Positions 19,044 through 27,653 of a stretch of DNA of 64,000 bases are shown piece by piece. The translations under genes and the position numbers were made by a program. Origin of the DNA: a virus; IMG/VR virus record IMGVR_UViG_3300042987_000557, positions 6,502 to 70,501 of that record. The stretch is one strand, 5' to 3'. The notes beneath the pieces were generated by a model. The model was not told the DNA's origin and made no database searches. It was given only the letters and a program-made list of their open reading frames with translations. Position 1 is the first letter of the stretch. Every line of letters starts with the position of its first letter.

Positions 19044-19049
19044 AAAGCA

Positions 19050-19058
19050 ATTATAGCA
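19050..19058 (-). promoter_or_regulatory. Extended -10 promoter for paralog A
   Basis: TGCTATAAT on the minus strand, 6 nt from palindrome copy 1. Confidence 0.65.
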
Positions 19059-19122
19059 AATGGGATTTTTCTATCAGCGTAGAGAGTCTACTAATGACTG
19101 GGAAAAAACCAGGAAATCCAGA

Positions 19123-19150
19123 GGGAACGGTCATGTCAACGAGGTAGCCT
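19123..19150. repeat. 28-bp direct repeat, copy 1
   Basis: GGGAACGGTCATGTCAACGAGGTAGCCT, identical at 19871-19898. Confidence 0.9.
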
Positions 19151-19172
19151 AAAAAACCCGCTTTCGCGGGTT
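19151..19172 (-). terminator. Rho-independent terminator after paralog B
   Basis: AACCCGC-GAAA-GCGGGTT followed by TTTT on the minus strand. Confidence 0.8.
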
Positions 19173-19189
19173 CGCTGGGTTTCGCTTGG

Positions 19190-19756
19190 CTACTTGAGCA
19201 GACTGATCGCCTTGCGAAGTTTCGCTGGGTCGTCGCATGCCTTGACCAACTTTGATACGTCGGCACGAAGCGACTTGAGCAAAGTCGCCTGCTCTGCTTG
19301 TTCGTCCTTGGTTTTCGCCTTGAGCACTGCTTTGAGTTCGTTGATCTTGCGATCATCAAGCGCAGGGTTTTTTGCTTGCGCCTCGTACTGCTTGCGAAGC
19401 ATGTCCGTCAGTTCGGCTGGCGTCGCATGCTCGTACTGCTTGAGCAGTGCTTCGTGCTTTGCTGTCCTTTGCTCACGTTTCTTGGTCGCGGCTTTGCTTG
19501 GTGCTTGTGGCACTGTGATTGCATACTTGGCGACCAGTCGGTCCTTGAATCGTTTCCATGCTTGGTCGCTCGCGTCGCCTTTGGTGTTCGGCTTGCGGCT
19601 GACGTACGCATCAACGAACACAGTCCGGCATTCAACGAAATGCTCGTACGTCGGCTTGTCGCCAATATGACGTGCGCCGATTTCGAGTGCTTCGTCGGCA
19701 CTGGTTTCGCTGTCAGCGAACAGTTTACCTGCTTGAATCATCGCTTCGTTTTTCAT
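19190..19756 (-). CDS. Hypothetical early protein, paralog B
   Basis: 188 aa from ATG 19756 (AAGGG RBS); paralogous to 18323..18985. Confidence 0.75.
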   Translation of the reverse strand: MKNEAMIQAGKLFADSETSADEALEIGARHIGDKPTYEHFVECRTVFVDAYVSRKPNTKGDASDQAWKRFKDRLVAKYAITVPQAPSKAATKKREQRTAKHEALLKQYEHATPAELTDMLRKQYEAQAKNPALDDRKINELKAVLKAKTKDEQAEQATLLKSLRADVSKLVKACDDPAKLRKAISLLK

Positions 19757-19774
19757 GCTGTTTCCCTTTAGTAG

Positions 19775-19801
19775 GACACTATGACCCCATGTCATAATGT
19801 C
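19775..19801. promoter_or_regulatory. 27-bp palindrome, copy 2
   Basis: GACACTATGAC-CCCAT-GTCATAATGTC. Confidence 0.7.
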
Positions 19802-19806
19802 CTTAA

Positions 19807-19815
19807 ATTATACCA
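19807..19815 (-). promoter_or_regulatory. Extended -10 promoter for paralog B
   Basis: TGGTATAAT on the minus strand, 5 nt from palindrome copy 2. Confidence 0.65.
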
Positions 19816-19870
19816 TACGCTGGTATCAAGAAAAAACAACAAAAAACGGAAAAACGAAGAATTCTCTGGG

Positions 19871-19898
19871 GGGAACGGTCATGTCAACGAGGTAGCCT
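19871..19898. repeat. 28-bp direct repeat, copy 2
   Basis: Identical to 19123-19150. Confidence 0.9.
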
Positions 19899-19912
19899 TT
19901 GTCGCCCAGTTT

Positions 19913-19965
19913 GTTCGGCGTTAAGCTGCGTGGCAGCTTAACGCTTTTTCGCTCGCGTGTCAAGC
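19913..19965 (-). promoter_or_regulatory. Leftward sigma70 promoter overlapping a palindrome (repeat copy 1)
   Basis: TTGACA-17bp-TAAGCT on minus; the -10 lies within CGTTAAGCTGC-GTG-GCAGCTTAACG; near-duplicate at 20315-20366. Confidence 0.7.
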
Positions 19966-19967
19966 AC

Positions 19968-19994
19968 GACAAACTGACGCGCCGTCAGGTTGTC
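19968..19994. promoter_or_regulatory. 27-bp palindrome, copy 3
   Basis: GACAAACTGAC-GCGCC-GTCAGGTTGTC. Confidence 0.7.
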
Positions 19995-20314
19995 CCGACC
20001 TATTGTATGAATGTAGTGAAAAAATAGATAATGTAGTACGTAATTGTAGTGTCGTAAGTACTTGATTTTAAATAATGTATGTTTTGTAGTGCGTTTTTGG
20101 CCGAAAAAAGTCGTTTAGGCAAATTATTTGAGAAGACGAGCAAGCTCGGCACAATCAAAGCAAAAATCGGTTTTACCCCCGTAGGTCGTTAAAACGCACT
20201 ACATCGTCTACATTCTCTACAAAGCCCGTAGATCAAGGGGTCCAGCTATATACTTTATAATAAATATTTACTACATTCATACAATACAAAAAATAAAAAA
20301 CGCCGGACTCGGAA

Positions 20315-20366
20315 GTTCGGCGTTAAGCTGCGAGCAGCTTAACGTTTTTTCGTTCGTCTGTCAAGC
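20315..20366 (-). promoter_or_regulatory. Leftward sigma70 promoter overlapping a palindrome (repeat copy 2)
   Basis: TTGACA-17bp-TAAGCT on minus; CGTTAAGCTGC-GA-GCAGCTTAACG. Confidence 0.7.
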
Positions 20367-20421
20367 GTCTTTTCGCCCCTTTTTTCAAGGCTTTTTGTAT
20401 TGTATGAAATTGGACACTAAC

Positions 20422-20450
20422 TTGACTTTGTTAAGAAAGTATGGTATCAT
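20422..20450 (+). promoter_or_regulatory. Rightward early sigma70 promoter
   Basis: TTGACT-17bp-TATCAT with TG extension. Confidence 0.8.
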
Positions 20451-20552
20451 TGATGCGTAGCATCGATGAACAGAACACAACAACTCCAACTTACAACATC
20501 CCCGAAAGGGGGTGAGTCGGTGCTCGTCCACACGTCATCAACCGGAGTTCAT

Positions 20553-20822
20553 ATGCAACAAGACACCAAGCAAGACAAACTGACGGTCAGTCAGAATGTC
20601 GCCAAGAACGGCTACTGCCGTATCTGCCGAGTCAACGGCATCGGTAAGAAGCGAGCCAAGTACGGACACCTCATCTGCAAACCATGCGGTGAGCGCAAAT
20701 CCCAAACCGACCGCAAGTCGTGGTGCGTAGTCCAGCCCTACGGCAAAGGTGGCTACCAGTTTGTCACTGCAACCTCAGCTTTTGAGGTCGTGCGACAAAC
20801 CAACCAGAAGCACATCAGATGA
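20553..20822 (+). CDS. Early protein with CxxC...CxxC zinc-finger-like motif
   Basis: ATG 20553 with GGAG RBS; CRIC...CKPCGE...KGGYQFV. Confidence 0.7.
   Translation: MQQDTKQDKLTVSQNVAKNGYCRICRVNGIGKKRAKYGHLICKPCGERKSQTDRKSWCVVQPYGKGGYQFVTATSAFEVVRQTNQKHIR
20574..20600. promoter_or_regulatory. 27-bp palindrome, copy 4 (intragenic)
   Basis: GACAAACTGAC-GGTCA-GTCAGAATGTC. Confidence 0.7.
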
Positions 20823-20919
20823 AGTGGAGTTTTTGTCTTTTTTAATGTTGTTTAACTAGGAGCGTATCAATGAAGATCAAAACGAGTGAGTTACTAGTGG
20901 TGAAGAAGGGGGTGAAAGA

Positions 20920-21144
20920 ATGAGAATCAAAAAGACGTTCTACAAAGCTAGGCGCAGAACAGTGCGCCAAATATTCGCGTGGGCGTTAGCCAAACCCAAG
21001 CGCGAGTACCCAAAGAATAGGCGCGACAAAGAGTGGCTGAAGTTATTGCCCAAACCTACACGCCGACAGACAGTGGGTTACGTGCGAGCGTTCGTCGGTC
21101 CGCATTTCTTTGCGGGGTGCTACGACGGTGCAGAGTTTGATTGA
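20920..21144 (+). CDS. Hypothetical basic early protein
   Basis: 74 aa, GGGGG RBS-like sequence. Confidence 0.55.
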   Translation: MRIKKTFYKARRRTVRQIFAWALAKPKREYPKNRRDKEWLKLLPKPTRRQTVGYVRAFVGPHFFAGCYDGAEFD

Positions 21145-21155
21145 GGAGAACGACG

Positions 21156-21341
21156 ATGAAGAAGTACAGAGCAGTTGTCGAACTGCGAACCAAGGACAAC
21201 AAGACTACGGTTTTGAGGTTCCACAGCCTCAGCTTTTCTGAAGCTAAGGCATTCCAGAAGTTGTTTGATAAGTTTGACCACATCTACAGCGATGCAGATC
21301 TGGTCATGCACATGTGGGAGCAAGTCGGTGAAGATAACTGA
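21156..21341 (+). CDS. Hypothetical early protein
   Basis: ATG 21156 with GAGGAG RBS. Confidence 0.65.
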   Translation: MKKYRAVVELRTKDNKTTVLRFHSLSFSEAKAFQKLFDKFDHIYSDADLVMHMWEQVGEDN

Positions 21342-21597
21342 CGTGCCGAACGATGCGTTCAACGCTGAACCTACACCAGTACCGACAAGGGTGGTGCCTG
21401 ACTGGGACGCGTTGTTAAAAGTGCTTGAGGTCAAAGGCTTTGTGGTGCTTGAGTCCGACGATCTACGCATCACAGCTACGGGCGAGGAAGCACCGCCAGT
21501 AAAAAACTTCAACAACTTTGTGCGTACGACTCGGCGTAAGAAGTTGTTTACCAAACGAATAACCCGCACACGTTGGGTGTGCGTACTAGGAGAGTGA
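21328..21597 (+). CDS. Hypothetical early protein
   Basis: GTG 21328 with GGGAG RBS. Confidence 0.6.
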   Translation: MKITDVPNDAFNAEPTPVPTRVVPDWDALLKVLEVKGFVVLESDDLRITATGEEAPPVKNFNNFVRTTRRKKLFTKRITRTRWVCVLGE

Positions 21598-21598
21598 A

Positions 21599-21829
21599 AT
21601 GGAACTGAGAGATCACTTTGCAGGACTTGCCATGCAAGCCATGATGGAAATGTACCGAGAGATGTACGAGGAACACAACATCTTTGAAGGTTGGGTCGAG
21701 GATGCTATGCCTTCACTTGCCATGCAAGCCTACGAAATGGCTGACTTCATGCTGATTGCACGAGGGAAACGACGAACCTTTGCAAGTAACCGTGGAACAG
21801 AAATAATTTTTGGGGAGGGCGAAGAATGA
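21599..21829 (+). CDS. Conserved small phage protein
   Basis: LRDHFAGLAMQA...AYEMADFMLIAR, a widespread proteobacterial phage motif. Confidence 0.75.
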   Translation: MELRDHFAGLAMQAMMEMYREMYEEHNIFEGWVEDAMPSLAMQAYEMADFMLIARGKRRTFASNRGTEIIFGEGEE

Positions 21830-21906
21830 ACGACGAGCATGTGTTTGTAGCAATCGTGGCTTGCGCCTGTGCGCTTGCCGTACTCATTGGACTAGGAATT
21901 ATTTAA
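21826..21906 (+). CDS. 26-aa hydrophobic peptide
   Basis: MNDEHVFVAIVACACALAVLIGLGII; exactly fills the gap, with ATGA overlap and GGAGG RBS. Confidence 0.55.
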   Translation: MNDEHVFVAIVACACALAVLIGLGII

Positions 21907-22161
21907 ATGAACAAGATAGATATGCTTCGTAAGTACAAAGCCATCATCAAGCAGATGGCAGATTTCGAAGAAAACATGAAGAAAGTGCTCGCGCATCCAG
22001 ACGCGACCGAGCAGCAAGTAATGCAAGTTGTACATCAATGGCGCGACATTATGACAAAGCGTCAGATTGTCGAGAACATGATCAATAAAAAATGGGGCAA
22101 CACAGTGAAGGACGGAAAGATTGTTTCTGTCCACTCATCATACTTATCGTTTCTAAACTAG
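21907..22161 (+). CDS. Hypothetical early protein
   Basis: 84 aa, helical. Confidence 0.65.
   Translation: MNKIDMLRKYKAIIKQMADFEENMKKVLAHPDATEQQVMQVVHQWRDIMTKRQIVENMINKKWGNTVKDGKIVSVHSSYLSFLN
22045..22071. promoter_or_regulatory. 27-bp palindrome, copy 5 (intragenic)
   Basis: GACATTATGAC-AAAGC-GTCAGATTGTC. Confidence 0.7.
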
Positions 22162-22170
22162 GAGATAGTC

Positions 22171-23151
22171 ATGCAATTAGGTGGTGCTAATTTACCAACG
22201 CTCACGTCATACGACCAAGCCGAGCGTTGGTTTGAGAAGATCAAGCCGTTCACTAATGCCAGTAAGTTGTACGCTGGCATGCGTCCACTCGGTGCTCGCA
22301 GTTACACACAGTGTTTGATCCGCAAAGATGCAGTGACAAATGCCATTGTGCTAACGCTGTATGGATACCCTGTCGTTACATTCAGGACCGATGGAACTAT
22401 CGTGATGAACGCACACGCCTATCACACGGCGACTACGGTGTCGTTCTTTCAACGGGTACTGCAAGGCCGACAACTGCGTGGTTTTGCGAAAGTCAGGAGT
22501 GTCATCCATGTGCTTGTGAGTGCCGGAAGCGAAGGCACACATTGGTTCCCTCTACCCACGTCGGGGGATCTGGTGTTTGATACGGGAACCGAAAGGATTC
22601 TTGATGTTAAGCCGATACACAAGTATCGAGCGAACGTAAAAGAAACGAAAAGGATGCTCGGTAACTACGAAGCGTTTCTGTCGTACTGCAAGACAGCACT
22701 GGCACTCTTGGCTGACCACAAAGGAAGGTGTGATCAAGTAGAGGCTCACGTCAAGCTATCTAAAGCTATGCTTGATACGAGCTGTGACTACACAGATACA
22801 GACGAGTTCTGTAGGTTCTATTCGTTTGATATCAAACGAGATCCACAGAACGCAAGAGTCCGTCGAACACGTTTCTTCAATACGCTAGACAAAGCACTGG
22901 TTACCGACAACCACGAGATGATCTATCTATTGTTCATTCGGCTATGTGCCTCGATGGAGATGCGGTACTTTAGATACGACGATTTGAAGCAGTTGTTTAT
23001 AAACCTACTGAAGTTTCAGTATCCCCATTTACTTTTCAGACTAGAGGAGGTTCAACCAACAACACACGTAGTACACAACCACAACGCCGTATTCGTACGC
23101 TACTGCGGTGATAACGCTCTTATCGAACAGATCAACAATGGGACAAACTGA
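22171..23151 (+). CDS. Hypothetical early protein (326 aa)
   Basis: AGGAG RBS; long ORF; RPLGAR motif. Confidence 0.75.
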   Translation: MQLGGANLPTLTSYDQAERWFEKIKPFTNASKLYAGMRPLGARSYTQCLIRKDAVTNAIVLTLYGYPVVTFRTDGTIVMNAHAYHTATTVSFFQRVLQGRQLRGFAKVRSVIHVLVSAGSEGTHWFPLPTSGDLVFDTGTERILDVKPIHKYRANVKETKRMLGNYEAFLSYCKTALALLADHKGRCDQVEAHVKLSKAMLDTSCDYTDTDEFCRFYSFDIKRDPQNARVRRTRFFNTLDKALVTDNHEMIYLLFIRLCASMEMRYFRYDDLKQLFINLLKFQYPHLLFRLEEVQPTTHVVHNHNAVFVRYCGDNALIEQINNGTN

Positions 23152-23168
23152 CTCATCGTCAGAATGTC
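23142..23168. promoter_or_regulatory. 27-bp palindrome, copy 6
   Basis: GACAAACTGAC-TCATC-GTCAGAATGTC; contains the stop codon of the upstream gene. Confidence 0.7.
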
Positions 23169-23206
23169 TACAACAATTACACATCAACTAGGAACTAGGA
23201 AACAAA

Positions 23207-24268
23207 ATGGAAATCAGACTCAACACCGAAGTATCCCTTCAACAAGCCGAGGAGTTGATCCTCGCTATCGGCAACACAAACGCTGTCCACTTAGTTGGTC
23301 AGCCAGGCATCGGCAAAACAGCTATGGCTTCTCGCCTAGCAAAACGCACAGGGTTTCGCTTGGTCTACATCGATACGCCGACAACAGATCTAGGCGATCT
23401 GGGTGTGCCGATGCCTGACCGCGAAACGCAGACTACCATGCTGTACCCCAACCAACACTGGGGATTCCACACAGGCGAGCCGCTTGTGATATTCATCGAC
23501 GAGTTTTCCAAGCCGTCGTCCCAAGCTGTGCAAAACATGTTGCATCCGCTCCTTCATGAGCGGCGGATCGCTGGCTTTAAACAGCACAAGGATACCATCG
23601 TAGTCACAGCAGGTAACAACTCCACCGACGGGGTTGGTGACATGATGAAGTCACACAGCATCAACCGCATGACGGTGGTGCCCATCGCTAACCCGACAGC
23701 CGAGAGCTACATCGAGTACGGGGCTGAAAAGGACTTTGCACCTGAGCTTCTTGCATGGGTCAAGGCATATCCACACTGCTTGGCATCGTACAAAGATCCG
23801 ACGCAAGCGGAGAACCACATGATCTTTAATCCGAAGTACCCGCAACGGTCATACTTCTCCCCGCGCTCGGGCGAGAAGGCAAGCAACATCATCAAAGCGC
23901 GGGCCATGTTTTCGCGCGATACGCTGATATCCGCGCTGTGCGGGACCATCGGTGATAACGCAGGGCGTGACTTGGTTGCTTACGTCGAGGTTGCTGACTC
24001 GCTCCCAAGTTGGGAGTCGATACTGCATGATCCTGCGACAGCAAAGATCCCCACATCCCCTGCGGCTCTGTGCATCATGGCTTACGGTGCAGTGCAGAAA
24101 ATTGATCGGGGCAATATCAACAAGTGGTTTACGTATCTGAAGCGCACACCGAAAGAGTTGCAGTCGGTGTTCAGTATCACAGCAGCAAAGAACAAGGACA
24201 AGCGCGACATCCTGTTCACAAGCGGCGCATTCGTCCAGTGGATGCGTGAGAACCAGTACCTTTTCTAG
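23207..24268 (+). CDS. MoxR-like AAA+ ATPase
   Basis: GQPGIGKT Walker A, IFIDEF Walker B, TAGN sensor, INRM arginine finger, FSPRS. Confidence 0.88.
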   Translation: MEIRLNTEVSLQQAEELILAIGNTNAVHLVGQPGIGKTAMASRLAKRTGFRLVYIDTPTTDLGDLGVPMPDRETQTTMLYPNQHWGFHTGEPLVIFIDEFSKPSSQAVQNMLHPLLHERRIAGFKQHKDTIVVTAGNNSTDGVGDMMKSHSINRMTVVPIANPTAESYIEYGAEKDFAPELLAWVKAYPHCLASYKDPTQAENHMIFNPKYPQRSYFSPRSGEKASNIIKARAMFSRDTLISALCGTIGDNAGRDLVAYVEVADSLPSWESILHDPATAKIPTSPAALCIMAYGAVQKIDRGNINKWFTYLKRTPKELQSVFSITAAKNKDKRDILFTSGAFVQWMRENQYLF

Positions 24269-24277
24269 GAGGAAAAC

Positions 24278-24484
24278 ATGGAGAAGGAAAGGCGAGTACT
24301 CAGCGAGATATACGACATCTTGGATTCAAACGGCATAGAGCTAGATATGCAAGTACACATACTTGCATCAATCATATGCGCTAACGCTCAGGCTGATGGC
24401 GTGCCTCTCAATGACTTGATTAGCTTCTTTAGTACCAAGGCAACATTACTTTATTCAAACGAGGGTAGTAAACATGCAAAATAA
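24278..24484 (+). CDS. Hypothetical protein
   Basis: 68 aa, GGAGG RBS. Confidence 0.65.
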   Translation: MEKERRVLSEIYDILDSNGIELDMQVHILASIICANAQADGVPLNDLISFFSTKATLLYSNEGSKHAK

Positions 24485-25775
24485 ACTAACCGTCGAGCAA
24501 CGCATCGAGCGTTGCCATGTCCAGTTGATGAAAGACAAGAACTACTGTCTTTTCTCTGGCATCTTTATGATCGGCAAAGTATCCGTGACGGATGATCCGT
24601 TCATGACTGCGGGGACCAACGGACGCGATGTTGTCTACGGTCGCCAGTTCATGGAGCGGCTCAACGATAAGCAGATCAACTTCGTGGTTATACACGAGGC
24701 TATGCACAAAGCATATCGTCATATGACAACGTGGAAAGCGTTATCTGATGAGAATCATGCACTTGCAAATGCGGCGATGGACTACGTGATCAATCTACAG
24801 ATCGCTGATGCCGACACCGAGAGCAACATGGTGGAGTTCCCGACAGATGAGGACGGTAACAAGATCGGTCTTATCGACGAGAAGTATCGTGGTATGGACA
24901 CCAAACAAGTGTATGAGCTTTTGAAGAAAGAGTTCAAAGAGATCGATGGTGACAAGCCGCGACGTGGAGAAGGCGGGTCGGGGGGTAGTGGACAACCTGA
25001 CAATCCGTCAGATCGTCGCCGCAGTAAGCCTTCGTCGGGTGATGGTGGCGGCAAAGAAGAGATGGAGCGCAGACAGCACGACAAGCATGACTGGGAGAAT
25101 GCTGAGAAGCTCGACGAGGAGGAGAAGAAAGAGCTTGAGCGTGACATCGACCATGCCTTGCGTGAAGGTGCTATCTTGGCAGGGAAGCTCAAAGGCAACG
25201 TGCCACGCGGCATCGATGAGCTTCTGCATCCCAAAGTAGACTGGCGTGCGGCACTGCGTGAGTTCCTCAAGTCTGCGATGCTAGGCCGAGACCAGACTTC
25301 TTGGCGTAGGCCGAACCGTCGCTTCATCGGTATGGATATCGTCATGCCCATGCTCATCAGCGAGAAGGCGCACACCTTCGTCAACGGCATCGACACATCA
25401 GGTTCTATCGGTGGCGAGCCACTGAACCAGTTCGCCTCTGAGGTGAAGTCGATCTGTGATGAGCTGATGCCTGAAGCAATGGAAGTTCTGTACTGGGATA
25501 CGGCAGTCGCACAGCATGAGACTTATCGCGGTGCAGAGATCGCTAACTTCTGGACTGATACTAAGCCCAAGGGTGGTGGCGGGACTGATCCTGATTGCGT
25601 ACCAAAGCACATCAAGGAGAAAGATCTTAAACCACAAGCGATCATCATGCTGACCGACGGTTACTTCTACAAGCATGACGCGCAAGCGTGGGAAGGATCT
25701 GCACCTGTGCTGTGGTGCGTGATCGGTAACAAGAACTTCCAGCCCAAAGTAGGCTCGGTTGTTTACGTCGAATAA
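24474..25775 (+). CDS. DUF2201-type metallopeptidase-vWA protein
   Basis: TAGTNG, HEAMH (HExxH), NAAMDYVIN; C-terminal DTSGS MIDAS, GGGGTD, LTDG. Confidence 0.88.
   Translation: MQNKLTVEQRIERCHVQLMKDKNYCLFSGIFMIGKVSVTDDPFMTAGTNGRDVVYGRQFMERLNDKQINFVVIHEAMHKAYRHMTTWKALSDENHALANAAMDYVINLQIADADTESNMVEFPTDEDGNKIGLIDEKYRGMDTKQVYELLKKEFKEIDGDKPRRGEGGSGGSGQPDNPSDRRRSKPSSGDGGGKEEMERRQHDKHDWENAEKLDEEEKKELERDIDHALREGAILAGKLKGNVPRGIDELLHPKVDWRAALREFLKSAMLGRDQTSWRRPNRRFIGMDIVMPMLISEKAHTFVNGIDTSGSIGGEPLNQFASEVKSICDELMPEAMEVLYWDTAVAQHETYRGAEIANFWTDTKPKGGGGTDPDCVPKHIKEKDLKPQAIIMLTDGYFYKHDAQAWEGSAPVLWCVIGNKNFQPKVGSVVYVE
24991..25017. promoter_or_regulatory. 27-bp palindrome, copy 7 (intragenic, in low-complexity linker)
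   Basis: GACAACCTGAC-AATCC-GTCAGATCGTC. Confidence 0.65.
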
Positions 25776-25791
25776 GAAAGTTTTTAACCAC

Positions 25792-25818
25792 GACAATCTG
25801 ACATCCCGTCAGATTGTC
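25792..25818. promoter_or_regulatory. 27-bp palindrome, copy 8 (perfect)
   Basis: GACAATCTGAC-ATCCC-GTCAGATTGTC, intergenic. Confidence 0.75.
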
Positions 25819-25838
25819 TCAACTAGGAGTAGTACATC

Positions 25839-26702
25839 ATGGAACACATAGGTATTGAAACAAGCGCGATGCTCATCGAGTTGAACATCTCCACTTGGAC
25901 GGCTCGTAAGCTGGATAAGAAAGTATCACAAGAAGTTGATCAACAGAACGAAACGAAGATCAACGCTGGCAACTACCACAAGAACTTGCTTGCTGGTCAG
26001 AACGCACTCGATGCGTGGAACAAGTACTCGGCTCGCATCCGGCTTTGGTATAACCAGCAGACACTTCCTTGGGCCGACAAGGGTCCACGGCTTCTTACAT
26101 CTCAAGTATTCATGGACGGCTTCAAGGTTAGACTCGACGAGCATCATCAGAACTGGCTTCGCCTGCGAGACAACTTCGAAGTTAGCTACGAGGATATGGT
26201 CTCTGCGGCGGCGTTCTCGCTCGGCAAGTTATTCAACCGTGAGGACTACCCACCGCTAGAGGATGTGATGCAGAAGTTTTCGTTCCGCTACGCCTTCTCG
26301 CCTGTGCCGACATCGGGGGACTTTCGCATCGACATAGGCCATCAAGCTCGCAAAGAGTTGGAAGCCATGTACGCGCAGACTACTACTAACCGTGTCAACA
26401 CCGCGATGCGTGAAGTATGGGATCGGCTTCACGAGTGCCTGACACACATGTCCGAGCGGCTTGCTGATGATGAGGACGGCAACCGCAAAGGCTTTCACTC
26501 TACGTTGATAACAAACGCAGTAGAGCTTGTGGATATGTTGGACAAACTAAACGTCACACGAGATCCGCAGTTGACCCATGCTCGCAAGGAGTTGGAGCGG
26601 TCGCTGTACAACATCAACGCCGACACGGTTAAAGAAAGCGATCAAGTGCGTGAAGGACTCAAGAAGAAAGTCGATGACATTCTGTCACGCTTTGACTGGT
26701 AA
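25839..26702 (+). CDS. DUF3150-like protein
   Basis: MLIELNISTWTARKLD...K.LL...TLPW...G.RLL...EDYP...KF.F...PVP..GDFR; follows the AAA/vWA pair. Confidence 0.65.
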   Translation: MEHIGIETSAMLIELNISTWTARKLDKKVSQEVDQQNETKINAGNYHKNLLAGQNALDAWNKYSARIRLWYNQQTLPWADKGPRLLTSQVFMDGFKVRLDEHHQNWLRLRDNFEVSYEDMVSAAAFSLGKLFNREDYPPLEDVMQKFSFRYAFSPVPTSGDFRIDIGHQARKELEAMYAQTTTNRVNTAMREVWDRLHECLTHMSERLADDEDGNRKGFHSTLITNAVELVDMLDKLNVTRDPQLTHARKELERSLYNINADTVKESDQVREGLKKKVDDILSRFDW

Positions 26703-26712
26703 GGAGATAAAT

Positions 26713-27609
26713 ATGTTTAAGATCAAGATCGATACGAAAGTAGGGGCAGCTCAAATGGAAGTGGCGCCCCCGCTTATAAATGTGCTGTTACGCGCATACA
26801 ACCAGATCCCTTCGCTACAGTTTGAGGTGTTGCGTGAGAACACTGATGAGCTAGTGGAGGTAGATGGCGATAAGTACTACCGCACAGTAACTGTTATCCA
26901 AGGCTTTCAACAGCTTGGCACAGTGTCGTACAAACGCCGACACCACCGTGGCGAGGATAAGCTGACGTTTGCTGTTTCTTGCGACAACATCAAGAAGAAG
27001 CGCGGCAACAGAAACGCAGTGGTAACTGAGCATGCTAGCACTGCTACCAAAAAGATCATCGAGTTCTTCAAGCCTAAGCAAGTTGATCTGCTTGGTAAGG
27101 AGGTATACGACGACGTGCGTGCCGCTATCCATGATATTCACTGGAGAGCACAACGCGACATGCTCTATTCGTACAACCGACAAGATGAAGTAACCCCGCT
27201 AGCCGTTGGCTTCATCATCGATGTTATGGATAGCAACGGTTCAGAGTTACCAAAAATTCCTGAGCTATTCAAGAGTATCGTCACTGACAAACTACGCGAG
27301 TCATGGCATACCTACGAGATCGTCTACGATCTGTTCGAATCGTTTGCGAAGTGCCATGCAGTAGCTATCAAGCACATGCGCGACGGTTCGTATCTGCTAG
27401 TAGACAAGATGGTTCACGGTAACTCGAAGCAGTACATCACAAGTCACTTTCCTAGTAGGGAAGATATTGTACAGCCGTACATGGACAAGGTATCTATGCT
27501 TCAGTTCACTGAGGTGAATCAAGCAGTACGCAATGTAGGCATCCGCATGAAATGTGGCGACGGAGATCTTTACGTCATCGTAAACGGTGATATAATCACA
27601 GACTCCTAG
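26713..27609 (+). CDS. Hypothetical protein (298 aa)
   Basis: ATG 26713 with AAGGAG RBS. Confidence 0.75.
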   Translation: MFKIKIDTKVGAAQMEVAPPLINVLLRAYNQIPSLQFEVLRENTDELVEVDGDKYYRTVTVIQGFQQLGTVSYKRRHHRGEDKLTFAVSCDNIKKKRGNRNAVVTEHASTATKKIIEFFKPKQVDLLGKEVYDDVRAAIHDIHWRAQRDMLYSYNRQDEVTPLAVGFIIDVMDSNGSELPKIPELFKSIVTDKLRESWHTYEIVYDLFESFAKCHAVAIKHMRDGSYLLVDKMVHGNSKQYITSHFPSREDIVQPYMDKVSMLQFTEVNQAVRNVGIRMKCGDGDLYVIVNGDIITDS

Positions 27610-27653
27610 TTGAGACAAGTGAGCAGAGCACTCTAACTCTGCGTTTCCTTTCG

